A DNA stretch of 64,000 nucleotides from Thermoleophilia bacterium (GCA_014859345.1 JACUUL010000004.1:2516-66515); one strand, 5' to 3'; positions 37,030 through 47,573 are shown, counted from the first letter of the stretch. A program made the numbers and translations. The notes: generated by a model from the letters alone, not told the origin.

Positions 37030-38301
37030 CTATTCGATCATATCTGCGCCCATGTAATGACGGAGCGCCTCGGGAACGGTAACAGTGCCTTCCTCGTTCT
37101 GATAGTTTTCGATGATGGCCGCGAATGTCCGTCCCACGGCCAGGCCGCTGCCGTTCAGGGTGTGGACGAAACGGGGCCTGCCTCCGCTGGCCGGCCGGTA
37201 GCGGATGCTCAGCCTCCGCGCCTGAAAATCCAGGAAATTGGAACAGGAAGAGATTTCCTTGTAGTCATTGTATGAAGGCAGCCAGACCTCGAGGTCATAG
37301 GTCTTGGCCGAGGCGAAACCCAGGTCGCCGGTGCAGAGGGCCACCGTGCGGAAGGGAAGCTCCAGACGTTTCAGGACCTCCTCCGCGTCAGCAGTCAGTC
37401 TTTCCAGCTCGGCCCCGGAATTCTCGGGCTTAACGAACTTGACCAGCTCCACCTTGTTGAACTGGTGCTGGCGTATAAGTCCCCGGGTATCACGGCCTGC
37501 CGCGCCTGCCTCTCGCCGGAAGCTGGGAAGATAAGCTGTCACGCTGATGGGCAGCTCCTCTTCGGCCAGCATCTCGTCACGGTAAATGTTCGTCACCGGC
37601 ACCTCGGCGGTTGGATTCAGATAGAGGTCGTCGTCGCGCAGCCTGTACATCTCCTGATGCGCGAATTTCGATAGCTGGCCTGTCCCTTGCATGCTGTCGC
37701 TGTTTACCAGGATCGGCGGAAACAGCTCGGTGTAGCCATGTTCCTGGGTATGGAGATTGAGGAAGAAGCTTATCAGCGAGCGTTCCAGCCTGGCGCCCGG
37801 CCCCTTGAGCAGCGTGAAGCGTGATTCGGCCACCTTGGCCCCCCGCTCCTGGTCGATGATATCCAGCCGGGCGCCAAGCTCCCAGTGCGGCCTGGGCTCG
37901 TAGTCAAACCGGCGAGGTTCACCCCAGGTTCGGATCAACCGGTTTTCAGTCTCATCGCAGCCATCCGGAACGTCCGCCAACGGGGGGTTGGGCAGCTCGA
38001 GCACGATCGCGTCCAGCTCCCGTTCGATATCCCGAAGCAGGGTGTCCAGCGCCTTGATCCTCTCTCCCACCTTTTTCATCTCCTGGATCTTGCCGCTGGC
38101 GTCTTCGCCCGACCTTTTGGCCGCGGCGATCTCATCGGAAACCCGGTTGCGCAGAGCTTTCTTCTCCTCCGCCTCCACAATGAGCTCGCGGCGTTTGGCG
38201 TCCAGTTCAATAAACTCGTCAAGCGGCACCTCTATGCCGCGCCGCTCCAGAGATCTCCTTATCTCGTCCGGCTCACTGCGAAGCCGCTTGATGTCCAACA
38301 T
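37030..38301 (-). CDS. serS: Seryl-tRNA synthetase
   Basis: Start at MLDIKRLRSE (ATG 38301, AGGAGAG SD). It has the N-terminal coiled coil and the class II motifs (FRREAG..., GLAVGRT). Confidence 0.9.
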   Translation of the reverse strand: MLDIKRLRSEPDEIRRSLERRGIEVPLDEFIELDAKRRELIVEAEEKKALRNRVSDEIAAAKRSGEDASGKIQEMKKVGERIKALDTLLRDIERELDAIVLELPNPPLADVPDGCDETENRLIRTWGEPRRFDYEPRPHWELGARLDIIDQERGAKVAESRFTLLKGPGARLERSLISFFLNLHTQEHGYTELFPPILVNSDSMQGTGQLSKFAHQEMYRLRDDDLYLNPTAEVPVTNIYRDEMLAEEELPISVTAYLPSFRREAGAAGRDTRGLIRQHQFNKVELVKFVKPENSGAELERLTADAEEVLKRLELPFRTVALCTGDLGFASAKTYDLEVWLPSYNDYKEISSCSNFLDFQARRLSIRYRPASGGRPRFVHTLNGSGLAVGRTFAAIIENYQNEEGTVTVPEALRHYMGADMIE

Positions 38302-38466
38302 CGATTCTCTCCTAAAAACCGTTTGAGCTGAGCTAAGTCTATCGGAATTGCCACCACAGGCAAAAACCCTGGGGTTTTTATTGCCTGCCAGGCCGGAGAC
38401 CGGACATCGTCCCGAATATCGTTTACAATGTAAATGGATTAGCCGAACGTAATCCTGGAGGTTTTT

Positions 38467-38796
38467 TTGAACAACGAATCCGTATTCGAGCTTCTGCGAC
38501 GCGGCGAGGATTTCCTGAAGACCAGGAATCCGGCCCAGGCGGCTATCGTGCTGGAACGCGCCCGGCGCCAGGAGCCTGGGCGCACCTCTATCCGGGAGGC
38601 GCTGGGACGTGCCTACTTCAACAGCGGCCGGTTCGATAAGGCAGCCCATGAATTCAGAGTGGTCATCAACCTGTATCCCACCAACAGCTACGCACATTAC
38701 TGCATGGGCAGGTGCGCTGAAAAGCTGGGCGATATGCTGCTGCCCCGGCGGCACATGCACCTGGCGCAGGCGATGGGATATGAAACCAATCGCTGA
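38467..38796 (+). CDS. Small tetratricopeptide-repeat protein
   Basis: TTG start; two TPR-like helices (ALGRAYFNSGRFDKAAHEF, AHYCMGRCAEKLGD). Confidence 0.45.
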   Translation: MNNESVFELLRRGEDFLKTRNPAQAAIVLERARRQEPGRTSIREALGRAYFNSGRFDKAAHEFRVVINLYPTNSYAHYCMGRCAEKLGDMLLPRRHMHLAQAMGYETNR

Positions 38797-38850
38797 CGCC
38801 CGGACCCCGGTTTTCTGATAGATCCGTGCGGATTCCCCGTAAGCCGATCC

Positions 38851-39321
38851 ATGCCGGCTGAGCATCTGACATTCTTCTTGGACACCATGCTGGGCCGCCT
38901 GGCGAGGTGGCTGCGCCTGCTGGGATATGACGCAGCCTACGAAAACGAGATCGGCGACTGGGAGCTAATCAGGCGGTCCGGCAGTGAAGACCGGATCCTG
39001 TTGACACGAGACAGGGATGTCATGAGACGATGGCAGATCGCCCGGGGCCGGGTCGTCGCCTTCCTTGTCTCAAGCAGCGATATCATGGAACAAATCGTGG
39101 AGGTCGCGACGGAGTTCGGCCTTCAGCCTCGACCGGAAGCCCGCTGTCCCCAGGACAACTCCGACCTGAACACGATTTCGCGGGAAGAAGCCCGAGGCCG
39201 CGTCCCGCCTTATGTTTTTAAGACCCAGAAGGACTTCCACTTCTGCCCGGCCTGCGGCCGGATCTTCTGGAAGGCAACCCACTGGGAGCGCATAGAGCAG
39301 ATCCGCGGCCGGCTAGCCTGA
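38851..39321 (+). CDS. Mut7-C RNase-domain (DUF82) protein
   Basis: The N-terminal layout FLDTMLGRLARWLRLLGYD and a C-terminal CPxCG zinc ribbon (FCPACGRIFW) are typical of the Mut7-C family. Confidence 0.5.
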   Translation: MPAEHLTFFLDTMLGRLARWLRLLGYDAAYENEIGDWELIRRSGSEDRILLTRDRDVMRRWQIARGRVVAFLVSSSDIMEQIVEVATEFGLQPRPEARCPQDNSDLNTISREEARGRVPPYVFKTQKDFHFCPACGRIFWKATHWERIEQIRGRLA

Positions 39322-40299
39322 TCTCCAGCCGTATCCATCCGGATAGGTACGGTGCCACTCCCAGGCGCTGGCCACGATCTCCTCAAGGCCCGGATGCTCA
39401 GGCCGCCACCCCAGTTCTTCGGATATGCGCTCGGAGCTGGCCACCAGGACTGCCGGGTCGCCGGCGCGGCGTCCGGTTTCCCTGACCTCGAAATCAATGC
39501 CCGTGACTTCCCTGGCTGTCTCGATCACCTGCCGCACGGAGTAGCCGAGGCCGTTTCCCAGGTTGAAATGGAAGCTTTCTTCCTCCAGGCGCCCGAGAGC
39601 CAGCAGGTGCGCCTGCGCCAGATCCCGTACATGGATGTAGTCCCGGATGCAAGTGCCGTCAGGGGTGGGATAATCGGTGCCATATATCTCCGCGCACTCT
39701 CTCCGGCCCAGCGCCGCCTGAAGCACCAAAGGGATGAGATGGCTTTCCGGCCGGTGGTCTTCTCCCCTTCCTCCATAAGCTCCGGCGGCGTTGAAGTAGC
39801 GCAGCGCGGCGTGCCTGATGCCAAAAATCGCGTCATACCAGTCAAGCTGTTTCTCAAACAAGAGCTTGGATTCTCCATAGGCGTTTGCCGGATTTTGGGG
39901 ATGGTCCTCCTTGATCAGATCCGTTACCGGATTCCCGTATACGGCGGCAGTTGAGGAGAACAGTATCTTTCGCACGCCTTCCTGCCGCATGGCTTCCAGC
40001 AGTCCCAGCGGCCGGCAGGAGTTGTTGAGGAAGTACTTGCCAGGGTTCCGCATGGACTCGCCTGCCTCTATGAATCCGGCCATGTGGATAACCGCCTCAG
40101 TGCGATGACTTCGAAAAGTTGCGGCCAGCAGTTCGGCATCGCCCACATCGCCGGCAACCAGCCGCGCCCGAGGATCAACCGCCTCCCGGTGGCCGGTGGA
40201 AAAATCATCGAAGATGACAACATCGTCACCCGTATCGATGCACATCTCCGTGACCACGCTGCCGATATATCCGGCGCCGCCTGTGATAAGGATCTTCAT
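39313..40299 (-). CDS. galE: UDP-glucose 4-epimerase
   Basis: Start at MKILITGGAGYIGS (ATG 40299). It has YGESK catalytic motifs and the SDR-extended fold. Confidence 0.85.
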   Translation of the reverse strand: MKILITGGAGYIGSVVTEMCIDTGDDVVIFDDFSTGHREAVDPRARLVAGDVGDAELLAATFRSHRTEAVIHMAGFIEAGESMRNPGKYFLNNSCRPLGLLEAMRQEGVRKILFSSTAAVYGNPVTDLIKEDHPQNPANAYGESKLLFEKQLDWYDAIFGIRHAALRYFNAAGAYGGRGEDHRPESHLIPLVLQAALGRRECAEIYGTDYPTPDGTCIRDYIHVRDLAQAHLLALGRLEEESFHFNLGNGLGYSVRQVIETAREVTGIDFEVRETGRRAGDPAVLVASSERISEELGWRPEHPGLEEIVASAWEWHRTYPDGYGWRSG

Positions 40300-40444
40300 A
40301 CAGACCGGATGATACACCAACCGCCGCGTCCGCGGTAACCGCATGACCCGGGGCCGGACCTCTGCCTCGGCGGGCCAAACCCGAACACCGGGGGAAGCGA
40401 CGCCAGGCCTAGATATGGCGTCCTGATGCGCTATACTTGCACGC

Positions 40445-41218
40445 ATGCGCATCCTCTTCATCAGCGACGTATTCGGCCGGCCAGGCCGCGAAGCTCTCAT
40501 GGCGAGGCTCCCGGACCTGCAGGAAAGGTACTCTCCTGATTTCCTGGTGGCCAACGGCGAGAACGCCGCCGGCGGCGCCGGCATCACCCGCAAGATCTCC
40601 AATAAACTGCTGGGGGCCGGCGTGGACGTGATAACAACCGGAAACCATGTGTGGAAACAGAAGGATATCTATCCGTTCATGGACGAGAACGACCGGATCG
40701 TCAGGCCCGCAAATTACCTCCCTGCCAACCCCGGCCGGGGCTGGACGGTCAGGGAGAAGCACGATCAGAAACTGGCCGTGGTCAATCTCTGCGGCAACCT
40801 GTACATCGGCGCGCCGCGGGGAGCCTTCCAGACCGTAGATGAGGTCTTGAGAGAGATCCCAGCCGATGTCAGGCACATCCTGGTGGACATGCACGCCGAG
40901 GCTACCAGCGAGAAAGTTGCGATGGGATATTACCTTGACGGCCGGGTAACCGCGGTGATCGGCACCCACACCCACGTGCAGACCGCCGACGAAAAGCTTC
41001 TGCCGGGCGGGACCGCGTACATCACGGACGCCGGCATGACCGGACCGTTCGATTCCGTGATCGGAGTAAAGAAGGATATCATCCTGAAACGTTTCCTGAC
41101 GCAGATGCCGGTCCGTTTCGAGGTGGCTGAGGAGGATGTCCGGATAGAAGGCGTGTTTGTGGAGGCGGATGCCAGAGGACGCGCCACGGTCATCGAACGC
41201 GTGCGGCTGCCAGCCTAG
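40445..41218 (+). CDS. YmdB-family metallophosphoesterase (2',3'-cyclic-nucleotide phosphodiesterase-like)
   Basis: MRILFISDVFGRPGR, GENAAGG and GNHVWK are hallmarks of the YmdB family (TIGR00282-like). Confidence 0.8.
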   Translation: MRILFISDVFGRPGREALMARLPDLQERYSPDFLVANGENAAGGAGITRKISNKLLGAGVDVITTGNHVWKQKDIYPFMDENDRIVRPANYLPANPGRGWTVREKHDQKLAVVNLCGNLYIGAPRGAFQTVDEVLREIPADVRHILVDMHAEATSEKVAMGYYLDGRVTAVIGTHTHVQTADEKLLPGGTAYITDAGMTGPFDSVIGVKKDIILKRFLTQMPVRFEVAEEDVRIEGVFVEADARGRATVIERVRLPA

Positions 41219-41312
41219 AACCCAGGCTGTTCATGTCCATCCGGCGTGACAATCCTCTCTCCATTGCGGCTCGGCCGGGCACGCTTTCAAAATTGCCGCA
41301 TGCCAACAGCGT

Positions 41313-42683
41313 CTAGCGTGAATCCGCGCATACCTCCGTCAGCCTGAGCTTTTTCGGGGCTGCGGCTCTTCTGCCGGCAGCCAGCAGGGAAAACACCATC
41401 ACGCCCAGCAACAGATTCCTGAGCGTAACCACGATAATCATGTCTGTTTGCATCATGTACAGGCCCCAGTACCGCGTGGGGAACTCCCAGTGGGTGATCA
41501 GCAGGATCGCCGTGAATAAGCCCAGCAACAGCCGGCGCTGGCGGCAGGCAATCAGCGGCATCAGCGGCAGCAGCCATATCATGAACTGGGGAGACAGCAC
41601 CTTTCCTCCAAAGATGAAAGACGCGATGGCCAGCGTGGAAAAAAGAGTAACCTGACTTTGCCGGTATCTTTGCTGTTCGGCGCCGTCATGCCCGCCCAAC
41701 ATGCCCGCAGATTCATCCCTCGGCGCCCGGCTGCCGCGCCAGAAAACCAGATAACCCGCCACCAGCAGCGCCAGCGTCACCGGGCCGGAAAGCGTCGCCA
41801 GCGCGTCCGACCCGGCCGAGAAAACATTGTGAGAACCGTAGGAAGGCATTACCTTGAGTTCAAAGTCGACGAAGACGGATAAAAGCAGCAGTGGCGAGGC
41901 CCAGCTGCTCTCCAGCTGCAGGGGGCGCTCGACATGGTACGTGAACGCAGTCGCCAGCCCTGATGGCGAGGCCAGCAGGAATGGAAGAGCAATCAACAGA
42001 GCCACCAGCAGAGCCAGGACAGGACCGGTCAACATCTCCCGGTACTGGCGGCGCCGGAAATGGACGATAAGGAACACCGGCGCCATGAGCACCGGCACGA
42101 CCTTGGTCATGATCCCGACTCCGATCAGCAGCCAAGCCAGGCGGCGGCGATCGGAAGTAAAGGCGGCCAGGCAGGCCAGCATGACAAAAGCGGCCGCGAG
42201 GTCGTAGCGCAGTTTGACAATCGAACCCAGCGCCAGGATGAAGAATGAATAAAGAGCCAGCACCTGCGCCATCTTCCGGACACTTTGCCATTGCCGCCAG
42301 GCCATCCCGGAGAGCATGACCACAATGCCGCAGCTCATCGCCAGCAGCTCCGCCTGAAACCAGAATACGTAGGCCCCGTAACCAGGCCCGGAGATCAGCC
42401 GGGGCAGCAAAAGAAGCATCATGCCCACCGGCGGATATTCCAGGGCGAAATCCCGGTACGGCAGCATGCCTCCGGCGATGCGTCCGGCATAGTTGTAGTA
42501 AAGAGGCAGGTCCGTGATGTTGCGGTTTCCGTACCAGAGTATCTCCAGAAAAACGGTCCAGATTAGAACTTGCGCCATCACAAAAGCCATTGTCACCAGC
42601 AGGCGCTGCCGGGAAACTGGAAGCGCCTCAAATCGGTCACGCGTATAGCTCAGCCAGGTTCTCAATTCCTCTCCTGTTTTCAC
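41313..42683 (-). CDS. Polytopic membrane protein; putative GT-C-type glycosyltransferase (DUF2029/mannosyltransferase-like)
   Basis: 456 aa with at least 11 TM helices. It lies next to a second GT-C-like gene and gtrA. Confidence 0.4.
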   Translation of the reverse strand: MKTGEELRTWLSYTRDRFEALPVSRQRLLVTMAFVMAQVLIWTVFLEILWYGNRNITDLPLYYNYAGRIAGGMLPYRDFALEYPPVGMMLLLLPRLISGPGYGAYVFWFQAELLAMSCGIVVMLSGMAWRQWQSVRKMAQVLALYSFFILALGSIVKLRYDLAAAFVMLACLAAFTSDRRRLAWLLIGVGIMTKVVPVLMAPVFLIVHFRRRQYREMLTGPVLALLVALLIALPFLLASPSGLATAFTYHVERPLQLESSWASPLLLLSVFVDFELKVMPSYGSHNVFSAGSDALATLSGPVTLALLVAGYLVFWRGSRAPRDESAGMLGGHDGAEQQRYRQSQVTLFSTLAIASFIFGGKVLSPQFMIWLLPLMPLIACRQRRLLLGLFTAILLITHWEFPTRYWGLYMMQTDMIIVVTLRNLLLGVMVFSLLAAGRRAAAPKKLRLTEVCADSR

Positions 42684-42713
42684 CGGTCCGTGATCCCCGG
42701 AAGTGATCCTACA

Positions 42714-44828
42714 TTATCCCGGCCCGGTAACGCATCCTTGCACGCCGCCGGCATGATTCATGCCAGCCCCGCTACGGACTTCTCTGACTGGCGCCGGCGG
42801 CGGATATCCCGTCTTGGCCCCGATGTCCCTTTGGGCCGATCCCGCCGGCCGGGTAAGCAACGCGATCAGAGCCAACGGGAAGAACCAGGGAATATAAAGG
42901 TAGAACCAGTGGGTCTGCATAATCTCGAAGCCGACCAGCAGAGCCGCTGATCCCGCCGCCATTTGTACCAGTGTCTTGCGAGGCGGCCAGAAATAAGCAG
43001 CCAGTGCCAGCGCCACCAGCATATACTGACCCAGGCGCTGAACCAGCGCAAGACGCTCCGGATACTGACCCCATATGCTGAAAGGCGAATCCCGGTTGAT
43101 CTGCCACATAATCGACCGTTCCCAGAACGTGGCCAGGGTGCCGTCTCCCAGGAATATCACCGGCAGGGTCACGGATATTGCCAGCAAGAAGCCAGCCGCG
43201 AAAAGAAACCGCCTGCTCCAGTTCTTAAAAGCCAGGGGAAACGAAGCCCAAAACGGCGCAAGAATGAGTGGGAAGAACTTTATCTGGGTGGCGAAACCGA
43301 GAAGCGCGCCCCCCACCGGAGCCTTCCTTATGAGGACAAACCCCCAGATAAGAAACGCCGCCACGATGGTGTCATTGACGTTGCAGTTTTGAACGAAAGT
43401 GGTGTAGGGATAAGCTACCCAGCCATATGCCAGCGCCAGTCCCAGGCGGTTGCCGCTGCCGCGGTTCTCCATCAGCAGCCGCCCGGCCATGAACATGCCG
43501 GCCACGGCCGCCAGGTCGAAAAAAATGGCGGCGGCATGAGCGGCGGGCAGGCTGTCCCACTCGCCGGACCACGGCATCGCTCTTTCGAAAGGGACATAAA
43601 GCAGATAATTCATGGGGCCGTACGTGTCGCCGTTGCGGTTATTCTCGGGCATGTTGCCGTAGGGCGTCTGCCCCTCCCGGATAAGGTGGGCTCCGGCCAC
43701 GCCGGAATAACCCACATCTACCACGTTGGAATCTGCGATGTTGATGAAGAGCCGGAGGGCGACAAGGATGGCGATGCCCGCCAGCAGGATCAGGGGCCGG
43801 AAATTAAGGTGCGGCATGACCGCCCCGGATTCCGGCTGGCGCGGCTTTCTGGAATCCGGCCCGGGCAGGCCGCCCGCCGGCAATAATTGACGGCGGCTAT
43901 TCCTGACCGCCAGCCAGCCCAGCCTGAAAAAAAGGTATGCCAGGGGCGGATAGGCCAGGGGCACCGAAACCGTTATCTCGCCGCGGTTGAAAAAGAAATG
44001 CGAGACCGTGAAAGACAGCAGCACCAGCAGGTCCAGGTGCAACATCCTGAAAGGCGCGCGGATGTTGATGAACGGCAGCAGAAACAACGCGCACAGGGGC
44101 AGCCAGACATAGGGCTCGTTGATGACGCGGCCAAAAGCTCCCGGATAACCCCTGGCCATCTGCCATGCCACCTGGGAACCCGTCATCACCTCTGATACCG
44201 TGCCGGTGCCGTCATGGATAAGCACCTGCGCCGCATAATCGGAACCTTCGCGGAAGCTCACGGTCCATGTCATGTCATTGCCGAATACCGCGCTTTCCTC
44301 CAGATCGCGGCTTCCGGCCTGCCAACGCTCGATCTCTGCCGCCACCCGCGGATCCCGGCGGGCCAGTTCTTTGGCTTCTTCCTCGCTCAGCGATGGAAGG
44401 ACGTCATAAGACGTCTCGGGCTCAACAGTACTGGCCAGAACCGATCCGTCCCGGTCGGAAATGTCTGCGCTCAACAAGGGCCTGTAGCTGCCGGGTGCAG
44501 TCCAGTGGACTGTCCAGACGCGCCTCCCGGTGTCATAAACTGCGTATCTTTCCAGCTCAGGATGTCTTGTGAGGACCGCCGCGATGCCGGGAACAGCCGC
44601 CGCGATCTCCCTGGCTTTCTCTTCGCTGAGGCGGGGGATCTCCGATTGCGCCGCATTGCCGGAAGGGTTCGCCTGCAGGCCGTAAACCTCTCCATACGGC
44701 ATCCTTGTATCCGGCGCCCTCGCCATGGCGCCGGATACTTGCCAGAAAGCCAGCACCAGAATTACGGCCGCCCACATGGCCAGGATAGAAAAGAAAACGC
44801 GAAGTTTTAGTCTGATTACCGGAAACAC
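42714..44828 (-). CDS. Large membrane glycosyltransferase (GT-C fold, ArnT/PMT-like) with two N-terminal PepSY-like extracytoplasmic repeats
   Basis: At least 12 TM helices in the C-terminal 450 aa. Two repeats of about 80 aa (EKAREIAAAVPG...WTVHW and EEAKELARRDPR...WTVSF) follow a signal anchor. The ORF-track start at 44933 overlaps gtrA by 86 nt, so a GTG at 44828 is preferred. The start is uncertain. Confidence 0.4.
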   Translation of the reverse strand: MFPVIRLKLRVFFSILAMWAAVILVLAFWQVSGAMARAPDTRMPYGEVYGLQANPSGNAAQSEIPRLSEEKAREIAAAVPGIAAVLTRHPELERYAVYDTGRRVWTVHWTAPGSYRPLLSADISDRDGSVLASTVEPETSYDVLPSLSEEEAKELARRDPRVAAEIERWQAGSRDLEESAVFGNDMTWTVSFREGSDYAAQVLIHDGTGTVSEVMTGSQVAWQMARGYPGAFGRVINEPYVWLPLCALFLLPFINIRAPFRMLHLDLLVLLSFTVSHFFFNRGEITVSVPLAYPPLAYLFFRLGWLAVRNSRRQLLPAGGLPGPDSRKPRQPESGAVMPHLNFRPLILLAGIAILVALRLFINIADSNVVDVGYSGVAGAHLIREGQTPYGNMPENNRNGDTYGPMNYLLYVPFERAMPWSGEWDSLPAAHAAAIFFDLAAVAGMFMAGRLLMENRGSGNRLGLALAYGWVAYPYTTFVQNCNVNDTIVAAFLIWGFVLIRKAPVGGALLGFATQIKFFPLILAPFWASFPLAFKNWSRRFLFAAGFLLAISVTLPVIFLGDGTLATFWERSIMWQINRDSPFSIWGQYPERLALVQRLGQYMLVALALAAYFWPPRKTLVQMAAGSAALLVGFEIMQTHWFYLYIPWFFPLALIALLTRPAGSAQRDIGAKTGYPPPAPVREVRSGAGMNHAGGVQGCVTGPG

Positions 44829-44847
44829 CGGTGAAGATTCAGGCCCA

Positions 44848-45276
44848 TCAAGCGGTGGGCTGGCGGAAACTCCATAGCTTGTTTCCCAAGAAATTGAGTC
44901 CCGTGACCATGGATATGGCAAAGATCTGTGCAAGATACTGGTTCATGTGCGCTTCTTCGATAAGGAGTCGCAGCATCGCCATATTAAGTGCCCAGCTGGA
45001 TATGCTGATTATCAGGAAGCGTCTGGCCTGGGAGAAAATCGCGCCATCGGCTCTGCCGAAGGTCCAGTGTCGGTTGAGGATAAAATTATTTGTGACGGCC
45101 ACACTGAAGGAAACCGTGCCCGCTATCCAGTAGTGAGCGCCGGTGCCCGAGATCATCAGCCAGAAAACCAACATATTTACCAAAAAGCCGGATGTCCCTA
45201 CCAGGCAGTACTTCCAAAATTGACTTACGGCCCTCCGGATGCGGTCATATCCTATGTAATCAATCATCCTTTTCAA
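44848..45276 (-). CDS. gtrA: GtrA-family polysaccharide-synthesis membrane protein
   Basis: 142 aa with 4 TM helices. FWKYCLVGTSGFLVNMLVFWLM and NRHWTF are typical of GtrA. Confidence 0.7.
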   Translation of the reverse strand: MKRMIDYIGYDRIRRAVSQFWKYCLVGTSGFLVNMLVFWLMISGTGAHYWIAGTVSFSVAVTNNFILNRHWTFGRADGAIFSQARRFLIISISSWALNMAMLRLLIEEAHMNQYLAQIFAISMVTGLNFLGNKLWSFRQPTA

Positions 45277-45353
45277 CAGAATCTCCGCGGCCTGCCGCAG
45301 GTAACCGGTCTATATTTCTTCCCGATTTCCTGTTTCCCAAGCCGGCGATTAGC

Positions 45354-46415
45354 TTAACATATTCGATCCCGCAAGACACTTGAGATGCTGCCGGTCAGAG
45401 AGAAGCAGCGCTCGGCCAGGTCAAGGCTCAGCGAGCCCACTCCGCACGCTTCAGAGACGAAAGAGCGTTTTAGAACCTCGTCGGAACCGAGGTCTGCCGG
45501 GCCGAACGCCGCCACTTTCTCCGCTCCTCTTAAAACCTGCTCAGCCAGAAGCTCCGCACTGGACTTGAAAGCTGTCTCGTCATTGGGAACAATCCCCCAG
45601 GCCAGCATTCCTCCCCGCTCCATGAACGCCGCAATCTCCTTCTCGTATAAAAAGAATTCCCGGGCATGTCCGGCGGCGTCAAAATGAAGGATGTCAACGT
45701 CCGTCGCAGCCAGCAGCCCCCAGTCGGTGCCCCCGCATACGTGGGTGCCGGTCATGCCGGCACCGTGAACGGCTGCGTAGCATTCGTTCAGGTAGCCGGC
45801 CACCTGCTCCGGCGAAAGGCTGATGAGCGCCGAGCCCACCTGGGTCAGATACGGCTCGTCGAAAAAGACTACCGGCGTCAGAAGTGGCGCTTTTTCCTTG
45901 AACCGGATCGCCTGCCAGCGCCCTTTGAGGGACAGCGCCTTCACCACCGCCTCGAACAGGTCCCCGTGATAGAGAACAGGCTTGCCACCAGAGTCAGCTA
46001 CGGTCAGGCCAAAACTTGACGGCCCTGTGACTTGTCCCTTGATGAACTCGGCCTCATCCGGCAGACGTCTGGTCATAAGCTCATGCAACCCCCGGGCATA
46101 ATCAGGGCCCAGCTCACAGAAGTCGACGTCGCCGGTGAGATAGCTCTCGTAAAAGACGGCCATTTCTTCCGGAGCCCGGCCTTCGTCGAAGTAAATGCGC
46201 CGGTTTGCTGTTTCGATGACAGCCGCGGGCATGCACTCGGTAAACTGGGTATACATGTTCTCGCGGAAATCAGCGTTAGGCATCTGCGGCCAGGCAGGGC
46301 AAACGGGCTTGTGGCCCAGCATGAAATCCACGGCGGCGGCGGCGTCTTCATGTGGCACCGAACCGATGGCCAAAGCGGCGCAGTTCGGATGGCGCGGACC
46401 GCATCCGGACATCAT
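45354..46415 (-). CDS. Hypothetical protein (possibly URO-D/MtaA-like TIM-barrel); function unknown
   Basis: 353 aa. Its stop overlaps the downstream gene start by 1 nt, and it is co-directional with the cysteine desulfurase. No secure motif. Confidence 0.3.
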   Translation of the reverse strand: MMSGCGPRHPNCAALAIGSVPHEDAAAAVDFMLGHKPVCPAWPQMPNADFRENMYTQFTECMPAAVIETANRRIYFDEGRAPEEMAVFYESYLTGDVDFCELGPDYARGLHELMTRRLPDEAEFIKGQVTGPSSFGLTVADSGGKPVLYHGDLFEAVVKALSLKGRWQAIRFKEKAPLLTPVVFFDEPYLTQVGSALISLSPEQVAGYLNECYAAVHGAGMTGTHVCGGTDWGLLAATDVDILHFDAAGHAREFFLYEKEIAAFMERGGMLAWGIVPNDETAFKSSAELLAEQVLRGAEKVAAFGPADLGSDEVLKRSFVSEACGVGSLSLDLAERCFSLTGSISSVLRDRIC

Positions 46416-47560
46416 CTCGCTCCAGCGCCTATTTCGGCCACGGCCTTTACGGTGGCCTGGATATCTTCCCGCGTGTTGAAAGGCCCGATGCTAAGCCGCA
46501 CGGCGCCCCGCCCGCGCGTACCCATGGCGTCATGGGCGCCCGGCGCGCAGTGCAGGCCGGCCCTGGAAGCGATGTCGTATTCCCGGTCCAAAGTGGCGGC
46601 CACCGACGACGGCGGCAGTTCCCCCACATTGAAGCTGAGCAGCGGACCTCGCTGCTGCCCCGCTCCCGGTCCATAAAGGTCGACGCCCGCGATCGCGTCC
46701 AGACCGTCATATAGCTCGACGGCCAGCTGGTCCTTGTGGGCGGCCAGAGACTCAGGGCCAGCCTCCATGATGAAATCGATACCGGCTCCCAGGCCGGCGA
46801 TTCCCGGAGTGTTGAGCGTCCCCGGCTCATACCGGTCAGGCCGGGCCAGCTCATCCTGGGACACTTCGGAGCGGGTGCCGGTGCCGCCCTGCCTGATGGA
46901 CAGCAGCTCGATTTCGGGGGAGATGTACAGAAACCCGATCCCTTGCGGTCCCATCAGGCTTTTATGTCCGGTGCAGGCGATCATACCAATGGGGGTCTCC
47001 CTCAGGTCGTAGGCGATCGAGCCCGCGCTCTGGGCTGCGTCAACCAGGAGGGGCACATCCCTTTCGGCCAGGGCTGCCGCGATCTCTTCGACCGGCTGGA
47101 TGGCTCCGGTAACGTTGGATGCGTGAGTCAGCACAACCAACCTGGTTTCAGGCTTTAAAGCACCGATCACGTCGCCCGGTTCGATCCGTCCGGCATTGTC
47201 AGAAGCAACCAGAAAGACCTCCACACCGGACTGGGCCAGCACCCACAACGGCCTGATCACCGCATTATGCTCCACGGTGGTGCTGACCACGTGGTCGCCG
47301 GGACCCAGCAGCCCGTACATGGCCAGATTCAAAGCGTCAGTGGCGTTCTGGGTGAAAATGATATTGGCGCTGTCTTCTGCGCCCAGCAGTTTCGCGGCTT
47401 TCTCCCGGGACCTGTAGATGATCCGGGCCGCGGCCACCGCTATCCTGTGAGCGCCCCTCCCCGGGTTGGCGCAATATTCGCGCAGACACTCATCGACAGC
47501 CTTGATGACCTCTGGCGGCTTGGGGCAGGAACTGGCGGCATTGTCCAGATAAATCGTCAA
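46412..47560 (-). CDS. Class V aminotransferase-fold PLP enzyme, cysteine desulfurase family
   Basis: The PLP-Lys context TGHKSLMGPQG, a conserved His and the Cys-loop region GLHCAP. About 380 aa, typical of the NifS/SufS/CsdA group. Confidence 0.75.
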   Translation of the reverse strand: MTIYLDNAASSCPKPPEVIKAVDECLREYCANPGRGAHRIAVAAARIIYRSREKAAKLLGAEDSANIIFTQNATDALNLAMYGLLGPGDHVVSTTVEHNAVIRPLWVLAQSGVEVFLVASDNAGRIEPGDVIGALKPETRLVVLTHASNVTGAIQPVEEIAAALAERDVPLLVDAAQSAGSIAYDLRETPIGMIACTGHKSLMGPQGIGFLYISPEIELLSIRQGGTGTRSEVSQDELARPDRYEPGTLNTPGIAGLGAGIDFIMEAGPESLAAHKDQLAVELYDGLDAIAGVDLYGPGAGQQRGPLLSFNVGELPPSSVAATLDREYDIASRAGLHCAPGAHDAMGTRGRGAVRLSIGPFNTREDIQATVKAVAEIGAGAR

Positions 47561-47573
47561 GGTCTGCGGGCTT

